Below, in pieces: positions 25,556 through 32,000 of a DNA stretch of 32,000 nucleotides. Made by a program: the position numbers and the translations under genes. Within the stretch, counting starts at the first letter, position 1, and each line of letters opens with the position of its first letter. The DNA lies in the NCBI RefSeq assembly GCF_000223395.1, contig NC_015931.1, positions 1,020,001 through 1,052,000 on the forward strand, in the 5' to 3' direction. The notes below the pieces were generated by a model. It was not told the DNA's origin. It searched no databases and saw nothing but the letters and a program-made list of their open reading frames with translations. This stretch comes from Pyrolobus fumarii 1A. Lineage in GTDB: Archaea; Thermoproteota; Thermoprotei_A; Sulfolobales; Pyrodictiaceae.

Positions 25556-26755
25556 CTATGAACCGTGTTTCGCGAAGTAGGCTGAGAGTTGCTCGGCATA
25601 CTTGAACCCGTTGTCAGGGAAGACTAGCACGTAGTGTCCCGGCTCTATCTCTCCGCTATCCCTTAGCTTCATGAAAGCTGCTGCGACAGCGCCACTACTA
25701 AGCCCCGGCAGGATGCCATCCTTCCTTGCGATGCTCAACACAGCCTCTATAGCCTCTTCGAGCTTGACATCAACTATACGGTCTGGCGTCGACCAGTGTA
25801 CCCATTTCATTCCGGTTTCTGGGCGGCGTATACCTGGTATCACCTCGCCTGGCGCTGGCACAACCCCATACACTTTGATGTTGTCGAATCGCGTCTTGAA
25901 GTAGAATGTTATGGCGCTCATGTGACCCGATGTGCCAAGGCCTCCGACTATGCCCTTTAGCTTAACGCCAGCGTGCTTCAGCTGCACTTCAAGCTCCTTG
26001 GCGGTGAAGCGTAGATGCACGAGGAAGTTTGCATCATTGTTGAACTGGTCTATGTGTAGTGCATTGTCCCTACTCGCGGCTTCCTTCACCTCGCTGATCA
26101 TCTCCACTGTTAGCGACTTATCCCTCCTTACAACCTCGGCGCCCATAGCCTTGAGCAGAATGTCGCTCACCTTCTGTATGCTCTTCGGTATCCACAGTTT
26201 AACCTTAAAGCCGTGTATGGCTCCCATTGCCGCCAGGGCCATACCAGTGTTGGTCGACGTAGCCTCGTAGATCTTGTCGCCCCTCCATCCCTCCTCGAGA
26301 GCCCTAACTATCATATACCAAGCTGTGCGGTCCTTAATGCTCATGCTATACGGGTTGTACCACTCTAGCTTAGCCCATACTGTATAGCCGTCACCGGATA
26401 AGCTCCTAAGCCTGACAAGGGGCGTCGGCCAGTTCCGGTAGAGAAGCTCAAGCGTGTCTTGGAATACCCTATATGGCTCGGGGTTAACATCCTCGTAGAA
26501 CCCAAGCTCCTCGAGGCTAACATTAACCTCTACCGTGCTGCCGCGGCTCACTGGGACTCTACGTACGCCGAGAAACCTCAGCGACCAGTAGAGGATGTTA
26601 GACTCCTCATCAGCCACGACATCGTCGTCGTTGACCACGATGCTTCGGGTAACGCGATTCTCGCGGAGAATAGTCGCCATTGAACTAAGCGCGTTTCTCA
26701 CATCGATACCGCGGTGCGCTTTCACCGACCTGATGTCAACGAGCCTATAGTCCAT
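25556..26755 (-). CDS. O-phosphoserine sulfhydrylase / cysteine synthase (Aeropyrum pernix OPSS-like, PLP fold type II)
   Basis: PLP-lysine motif SMSIKDRTA, then QFNNDANF, GLGTSGHMSAITFY, IPGIRRPETGMKW, and a ~100-aa N-terminal extension. It closely resembles the A. pernix OPSS sequence as I recall it. Confidence 0.88.
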   Translation of the reverse strand: MDYRLVDIRSVKAHRGIDVRNALSSMATILRENRVTRSIVVNDDDVVADEESNILYWSLRFLGVRRVPVSRGSTVEVNVSLEELGFYEDVNPEPYRVFQDTLELLYRNWPTPLVRLRSLSGDGYTVWAKLEWYNPYSMSIKDRTAWYMIVRALEEGWRGDKIYEATSTNTGMALAAMGAIHGFKVKLWIPKSIQKVSDILLKAMGAEVVRRDKSLTVEMISEVKEAASRDNALHIDQFNNDANFLVHLRFTAKELEVQLKHAGVKLKGIVGGLGTSGHMSAITFYFKTRFDNIKVYGVVPAPGEVIPGIRRPETGMKWVHWSTPDRIVDVKLEEAIEAVLSIARKDGILPGLSSGAVAAAFMKLRDSGEIEPGHYVLVFPDNGFKYAEQLSAYFAKHGS

Positions 26756-26863
26756 TGCTTTGCCCTAGCACCGAGCTACACTCGAATACATAATTATATT
26801 GCACAGGGATGCAAACATTACTCGTGGGATACGGGCACAACTAAGACGGTACATAACGAGATG

Positions 26864-27220
26864 CTAGCTTCCCTGCACCCCAGTACCCCGGATGCGGAAT
26901 ACACCAATGCGCCACGTCTCTTGCGGGTCGGGAGGCTCGATTATCCTCTCAAGCTCGGCCTCGATCCCCAAATCCTCGAGGACATAGCGGAAGTCGTCAA
27001 CCCAGTCGTTCACGCCGCACGTTGCACAGAAACTACCCTCTATCTTCACATATACGCGGTCACCGTCAATACGGAGCACCTTTGCCCTAGCCTCGCTCCC
27101 CCGATACCGGTTGTACATCTCAACCGCCTTGGCTAGCACATCTCTCGGCTTACCAGGACCCAATCGGAAACTACGAGCCTGGGTTACCATTCCTAACAGC
27201 CTCGTTAGAATATACCACAC
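26864..27220 (-). CDS. Small CxxC protein, possibly NifU C-terminal (Nfu)-like
   Basis: AKVLRIDGDRVYVKIEGSFCATCGV resembles the Nfu pattern (v.l..i.gd.v.v.l.G.C..C). Start uncertain (M1 or M11). Confidence 0.4.
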   Translation of the reverse strand: MWYILTRLLGMVTQARSFRLGPGKPRDVLAKAVEMYNRYRGSEARAKVLRIDGDRVYVKIEGSFCATCGVNDWVDDFRYVLEDLGIEAELERIIEPPDPQETWRIGVFRIRGTGVQGS

Positions 27221-27618
27221 CTAGTTTCAACTTATAAGTCATGTGGTTAGAACTGGTCAAGCTACTGAGAGCATCATACAGGATAGTAGCTTCGGTGTGC
27301 CATAAGCGCCGGATTCAACCATAATCCTAAGGACTGCGTAACCAGCTATAGAGCTAGCCATGCTAGCCGCTATGTACGCCGCGCCCATAGCATCTACTCC
27401 AAAACGGCTCAGGGTATGCGAGTAGGCCCCCGTATGCACTGTAAAGGATGCTCGTGAGCACGGGGAGTGCAGCAATAGGATCTAACCCCGAGGCGAGATA
27501 GGAGCTTGCCTCGTCGGTTGACCTCGTGTCTTCACAACAACAGTAGTGGAGAAACTCGTACGTATGTTCAGGGCGTGTTAAGCCGATTTTATACCGCGGT
27601 TCGGCCAAACACACGTTC

Positions 27619-28893
27619 TTGTTAAAATCTTGTTTTGCTGGGGGTCGTGGCGCGGTGAACAGTGTGGCAGCCGGGGATGTTGCGTGGCTATTGACAGCGT
27701 CATCAATGGTTCTGTTCATGACGGTGCCTGGCTTGGCGTTGTTCTATGGAGGCCTAGTGAGGGCCAGGAGCGTCGTCTCAACAATGATGTATAGTTTGTT
27801 GGCTTTCGCGCTAGTTAGCGTAGTCTGGGTGCTCCTAGGCTTCGGCATAGCGTTTGGTAGCGACATAGCGGGGTTCATCGGCAACCCCGTCGATTACCTA
27901 CGATGGCTTGCGCAGCCGACTCCATCAACTGGCGACATACCACTGCCTGTGATCATAGGATTCCAGGGCATGTTCGCAGCGATAGCCACGGCGATAATAT
28001 CCTCGGCTGTCGTGGAGAGGGCGAGGATAGAGGCTTGGGCGCTCTACGCGATACTATGGGTCCTACTAGTCTACAGTGTGATCGCGCACTGGGTGTGGGG
28101 TGGCGGTTGGGCACAGAAACTCCCAGAGCTGCTCGGCATTCCCGAGGCTCTTGACTTCGCTGGCGGAGTGGTCGTCCACATAGCATCTGGCTTCTCAGCG
28201 CTGATGCTAGCGCTGCTGCTGGGCAGGAGGAGGACAGCGCGCGAGGTTGAACCAGTGCCTCACAACATCCCCCTCGTGCTGATAGGCACTGGTATACTCT
28301 GGTTCGGGTGGATGGGGTTCAACGCGGGCTCTGCTCTAGCAGCAGACGCTACCGCGGCCAACGCGTGGCTCGTGACGAACACTGCTGCGGCGGCTGGCGC
28401 GATCACCTGGTTCCTGCTTAGCCTGGCAGTCACCGGAAGAGCATCCTCAGTTGCCTTTGCCAGCGGTGCTGTCGCAGGCCTGGTCGCGATAACGCCGTGC
28501 GCTGGCTATGTAGGTCCTCTGGATGCCCTCCCGATAGGCGCTGTTGCAAGCATAGTAAGCTACATGGCGATGAACTGGAGAATCAGGAAGGGCATAGACG
28601 AGACTCTAGACGCGTGGGCAGTGCACGGCATGTCCGGGCTCTGGGGTAGCATAGCTGCAGGAATATTCGCCAACCCCGCGGTTAGCAGCCATGCAGGGCT
28701 CCTCTACGGTAACCCGGTGCAGCTAGCCTCACAGATACTGACTAGCGTCGCAGCCATCGCTTACGCCATGATAGCGACTGTTGTGATATACTATGTTGTC
28801 GAGGCTCTTGTCGGTTGGAGGGTGCCAGTAGAGGCAGAGTATGTCGGCCTAGACGCTGCTGAGTACGGTGAGCAGGCGTATCTCACAATGTGA
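27619..28893 (+). CDS. amt: Ammonium transporter (Amt/MEP family)
   Basis: GDVAWLLTASSMVLFMTVPGLALFYGGL, DFAGGVVVHIASGFSAL, WFGWMGFNAGS, AVHGMSGLWGSI. GTG at 27655 is the likely true start. Confidence 0.9.
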   Translation: MLKSCFAGGRGAVNSVAAGDVAWLLTASSMVLFMTVPGLALFYGGLVRARSVVSTMMYSLLAFALVSVVWVLLGFGIAFGSDIAGFIGNPVDYLRWLAQPTPSTGDIPLPVIIGFQGMFAAIATAIISSAVVERARIEAWALYAILWVLLVYSVIAHWVWGGGWAQKLPELLGIPEALDFAGGVVVHIASGFSALMLALLLGRRRTAREVEPVPHNIPLVLIGTGILWFGWMGFNAGSALAADATAANAWLVTNTAAAAGAITWFLLSLAVTGRASSVAFASGAVAGLVAITPCAGYVGPLDALPIGAVASIVSYMAMNWRIRKGIDETLDAWAVHGMSGLWGSIAAGIFANPAVSSHAGLLYGNPVQLASQILTSVAAIAYAMIATVVIYYVVEALVGWRVPVEAEYVGLDAAEYGEQAYLTM

Positions 28894-28906
28894 GGAGGTG
28901 GGAGCC

Positions 28907-29266
28907 GTGACGAAGCTAATCATAGCCTTCATACGCCCCGAGAAGCTGGAAGACGTCAAGAAGGAGCTTGAAGCCATAGGCGTCTACCCAATGACCATAG
29001 TGGAGGTTCGTGGTAGGGGCGAGCAGCGCGGAATCACATTGATGTATCGTGGGCATCCGGTGCGCGTCGATCTGATACCGAAGTTGCAGCTAGAGATAAT
29101 CGTAGAGGATGACATGGTGGATAAGGTGATCGAGGCGATAGTGCGGGGTGCCTATACCGGCCGTCCTGGCGACGGCAGGATAATCGTACTCCCCGTCGAG
29201 AAGAACATCAGGATACGCGAGGAGTATGAGAAGCTAAGGACCCGTGAGCAACCACCCACGCCCTAG
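28907..29266 (+). CDS. glnK: PII nitrogen regulatory protein (GlnK)
   Basis: VTKLIIAFIRPEKLEDVKKELEAIGVYPMTIVEVRGRGEQRG...YRG T-loop. The GTG at 28907 is preceded by ggaggtg, 13 nt after the amt stop. The ORF track's start at 28868 overlaps amt and is unlikely. Confidence 0.9.
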   Translation: MTKLIIAFIRPEKLEDVKKELEAIGVYPMTIVEVRGRGEQRGITLMYRGHPVRVDLIPKLQLEIIVEDDMVDKVIEAIVRGAYTGRPGDGRIIVLPVEKNIRIREEYEKLRTREQPPTP

Positions 29267-29589
29267 TCATCGCCCCTCCTAGTTTTTCACGCCGTTAACA
29301 TTGCTGACGGGGTTGAATGGCCCCGTACTCGGGTCCCTTCTCGCGTGGTTATGGTTCCCGGGTTGGCTCTTCATGCTCGCCCGCGATAGTAACGGGCCGG
29401 GTGAGGCAATACCCGCCGTTTATAGGCTCGTATCTCGCTACTCCTCGTTTCCAGGATAGGGCCCCGTGTGGGGATACCGCCAGTGTCCGACGCGCCTCAT
29501 GGGGAGAAGTCGCCGGGTTTCCGACTGGGGCCCTCCACGGTTATAGCCCAGTCCTCGCGGTGTCTTCGTGGTGAGGCTGAGGGGTCTGG
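29267..29589. ncRNA. Candidate structured RNA or long structured leader (identity and strand unknown)
   Basis: GC-rich stretch with no credible ORF and many stable local helices, e.g. ACGGGG-N8-CCCCGU, AACGG..CGGGU-N8-ACCCG-CCGUU, GGGCCCC...GGGGCCC, CCAGU...ACUGG. Confidence 0.25.
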
Positions 29590-30726
29590 TTGAGCCGGTA
29601 CCGGCCGGTACCCCTCACTAGGCTACTACGCGACATGATGAGCTACGCCAGCACGGCTCTGGACCTAGGGTTCTATGCTATTGCTTTTCGCGACGAGGGG
29701 GCGTCGTACGAGGTCGTGCAGCTAGAGAGGCTTGTCGAGAAGCTCTGGGAGGGTGCTGTTGTCGAGGCTAGCCTCGCAGTAAGGGGCTACGAGGAGGCCG
29801 TCGCAATGGTAAGCGTCTTTAAGGTTGTCGATGGGCTTGTGAGAGTCACTGACGTCGCCGCCGATCTCGCGTCGCTAGTGTTGCGGGGCATAGATCCGCC
29901 CAGCCTGTTACGAGTCGCTCTTCTATCCGGGGCGGAGGTTACCGCCCCCTTACGCGTTCGTAGCAAGATGCGTGTGGCAGAGATCGAGGATGAGGGTGTT
30001 GACATCGTTGCTGTGAGGAGGGGCGGCGAGTGGATAATACACCCTAGCGATGACGTCATGCTCGAGCCGGGTGATGTTGTCGTTGTGCGCGGCTCGCCAG
30101 AGAACGTTGCGAGGGTTACGGGGATGAGGTTTGAGGTTTCGAGCGGTGGCGGCGAGGTTGAGGAAGAGACATTGCGTCTCAAGAAACTCGCGGATATACT
30201 CCTCGACCTAGGGTTCTACAGTATACTCTATGGCGATGAGATAGTCGCACTGCACGTCCAAGAGATCGAGCATAGGCTTGACGAGGAGATCATCTACTAC
30301 TACGAGATGGTCTCTGGGCTGGGGCTGAGCCCCCAGCAGGAGTACGCGTTGCACAAGTTCGCGGAGGTTGTCGAGAACGTGTCGGACGTCGCGGCGGCCA
30401 TGGCGTCTATGGTGAGGACGCATCGCCCGATACACCGTGTGATAGCGGCGGCCGAGGATATGAGCCAGGAGAGGATACTCGCGCTGGTATACCAGGGGCC
30501 CGGCGGCGTTAGGCTCGGGGACACCGGGCTGCAACGCGAGGAGGTGATCGTGGTCGCGGTTAGGAGGGGTGAACGCTGGGTACCTACACCACCGCCAACC
30601 GTGATACTAGAACCGGGGGACCGCGTCATCATCAAAACCTACGTGGAGGACCTGGATGAGCTACTGGAGAGCGTAGAGTCCATGGGCTTCCGTGTCCTAC
30701 GTGAGAAGCTGGAGATCGAGGAGTAG
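29590..30726 (+). CDS. Regulatory protein with two TrkA-C (RCK C-terminal) domains, each preceded by a helical PhoU-like segment
   Basis: Two copies of the TrkA-C pattern: VDIVAVRRGGEWIIHPSDDVMLEPGDVVVVRGSPENV and VIVVAVRRGERWVPTPPPTVILEPGDRVIIKTYVEDL. ATG at 29635 is a possible start. Confidence 0.7.
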   Translation: MSRYRPVPLTRLLRDMMSYASTALDLGFYAIAFRDEGASYEVVQLERLVEKLWEGAVVEASLAVRGYEEAVAMVSVFKVVDGLVRVTDVAADLASLVLRGIDPPSLLRVALLSGAEVTAPLRVRSKMRVAEIEDEGVDIVAVRRGGEWIIHPSDDVMLEPGDVVVVRGSPENVARVTGMRFEVSSGGGEVEEETLRLKKLADILLDLGFYSILYGDEIVALHVQEIEHRLDEEIIYYYEMVSGLGLSPQQEYALHKFAEVVENVSDVAAAMASMVRTHRPIHRVIAAAEDMSQERILALVYQGPGGVRLGDTGLQREEVIVVAVRRGERWVPTPPPTVILEPGDRVIIKTYVEDLDELLESVESMGFRVLREKLEIEE

Positions 30727-31997
30727 AAGGCTAGCAGCGTGACCGGGTAGGCGACTAGCATCGCGGTGTATGCCCACAGCCTGCCCGGTACACCGTAATC
30801 CACCACGACTACGCCAGGCCTAGACACGTGGAGCAGTAGAAGACCCTCAACGCTAGACGTGACCACGTCGACGGGGCCCTTCACGTTCTCGACGAGCACG
30901 CGCGCCGCTAGAACCAGGTACCACCCTGGCCTCGCAGCCTCAAAGACTAGCTTGTCCCCCTCGAGCCGCGACGGTATAGGCTCGTATAGCGGCTCCTCTA
31001 GCCTCTCCACGGCCTCTGCCAGCGCCCTCCCCGCCTCAGGGAGCACCGGGTTCATCCTGGTCATGGACGCGGCTAGCGGCGAGACCATCTCCTCTCCACG
31101 AGGGAGCACGCGGAGAGCTTCACGCAAGTCTATCGAGCCCTGGGGGCAAGGGGACGAGACGCATATCGTCACGTTGCAGCCCGGATGGTCGCATATTGTC
31201 AACGTGGCTGTGGGGAGCTGATGCGACACCAGGACTATACGAGCATCGCCATAGAGCCGGACTAGGCGTGCAACATCCAGGGGGCTAGCCCCATGCACAT
31301 CGAGTACAAGGGGGTACACGCGGTAGACGAGGCTACTATCGCCTACCCTATAGATGCAGTGTCTCGCCAGCGTAACCTCGAATGGCGGTAGGAGCAGCCT
31401 CCTGGCTTCCATGCACAGTTCCGCCGGGTAACCGGCGAGACTAGGCGTGTCGATGAGACCGGCTCCAGCTATGAGAGCCACGTTGCGGGCCGTGCGCGGG
31501 TCCTCAACCAGGCTCCGGATCCACTCGTAGTAGACCGTGATGTTGGTGAAGAGCGGGTCTCCCTGATGAAAGCCCCCCGTTGCGCTCGTGTAGGTGTAGG
31601 CGTGGGGCCAAGCGACGGGTGTGGAGTAGTCGAAGGATATGTCGAGCGTGGCGATTACCCTCTCGCCCCGTAGCGCCGCATAATCCGGGATAGGCTCGTA
31701 GAGGAGGAGAGACTGGTGGAGCAGAACGAGCAGCGCCACGAGTACACCTAGCCTCGCACCACGTGGTATCCTTGTCTCGAGGCTCCACGCTCTACCAGCG
31801 TATCTCAACACAGTGGCGTTTACAAAGACAAACCTCCATGCAATCAACCTGGCCATTTCGGGCGCGGCGGCGCCAACGAGCACGAGCGTGTTGATGAGGC
31901 CCGCTGCGAGGCCTATCAGCTCGTATAGTATGGATAGTGTGTCTAGCTGGCTCCTTGACCTCCTGGTGAGCAGGAAGACCGCGTAAACAACCGCCAC
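30639..31997 (-). CDS. Large membrane protein (TM helices, large extracytoplasmic domain, C-terminal TM); 5' end may lie outside the window
   Basis: Protein-like composition over 450 aa with hydrophobic helices at both ends. The ORF begins 3 nt from the window edge at a GTG, so the true start is uncertain. Confidence 0.5.
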   Translation of the reverse strand: MAVVYAVFLLTRRSRSQLDTLSILYELIGLAAGLINTLVLVGAAAPEMARLIAWRFVFVNATVLRYAGRAWSLETRIPRGARLGVLVALLVLLHQSLLLYEPIPDYAALRGERVIATLDISFDYSTPVAWPHAYTYTSATGGFHQGDPLFTNITVYYEWIRSLVEDPRTARNVALIAGAGLIDTPSLAGYPAELCMEARRLLLPPFEVTLARHCIYRVGDSSLVYRVYPLVLDVHGASPLDVARLVRLYGDARIVLVSHQLPTATLTICDHPGCNVTICVSSPCPQGSIDLREALRVLPRGEEMVSPLAASMTRMNPVLPEAGRALAEAVERLEEPLYEPIPSRLEGDKLVFEAARPGWYLVLAARVLVENVKGPVDVVTSSVEGLLLLHVSRPGVVVVDYGVPGRLWAYTAMLVAYPVTLLAFYSSISSFSRRTRKPMDSTLSSSSSRSST

Positions 31998-32000
31998 GGG

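Noticed and set aside
27257-27719. Minus-strand ORFs 27257-27475 and 27363-27719 upstream of amt
   Set aside because: They have no motifs and odd composition. The second runs antisense into the amt N-terminus, so they are probably non-coding.
29317-29574. 85-aa plus-strand ORF in the GC-rich gap after glnK
   Set aside because: It has a G/S/P/R-rich composition with no hydrophobic core pattern. I treat the region as non-coding (see the candidate RNA finding).
29267-29634. Identification of the GC-rich region as SRP RNA or RNase P RNA
   Set aside because: I looked on both strands for the SRP helix-8 GGAA-GGGAGCA-type motif and the RNase P GGAAAGUCC / P4 motifs and found only weak resemblances (e.g. 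GAGAAGGGAC). That is not enough to name the RNA.

Overview
This 32 kb window looks like chromosomal DNA from a hyperthermophilic crenarchaeon. That call is inference from protein families: an Aeropyrum-type O-phosphoserine sulfhydrylase, a Pyrococcus-type Asp-ligated ferredoxin, TrpB2, diphthine synthase, and GC-rich coding with AT-rich promoters. Desulfurococcales/Pyrodictiaceae-like is a guess. Gene content in order: a Cas4/RecB-like nuclease cut by the window edge; a Zn-ADH; a Tat-exported molybdopterin oxidoreductase operon (catalytic, 4x[4Fe-4S] and NrfD-type membrane subunits); a 42-nt poly-T tract; TrpB2, an orphan NuoC-like protein and a ferredoxin on the minus strand; housekeeping genes (diphthine synthase, MBL-fold hydrolase, DHH phosphoesterase); tRNA-Arg(TCT). 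After the tRNA comes a visibly AT-richer ~4 kb island with a wHTH regulator, an Mrr-like nuclease, a membrane-anchored coiled-coil glycoprotein and a HEPN-MNT pair. Next are a P1B-type metal ATPase divergent from a frameshifted nikR; a four-gene cytochrome c / FeS / NrfD / cytochrome c cluster with no catalytic subunit; a sulfur and Fe-S neighbourhood (DUF59, MoaD/ThiS-like GG protein, OPSS, Nfu-like protein); amt-glnK; a GC-rich ~330-370 nt non-coding stretch; a double TrkA-C protein; and a large membrane protein running off the right edge. I saw no CRISPR array, rRNA, integrase or transposase. The best candidates for something new are the cytochrome c/NrfCD module, the tRNA-flanked island and the MoaD-like/OPSS pairing. 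All family calls come from motifs read by eye, with no database search and no numeric GC calculation.
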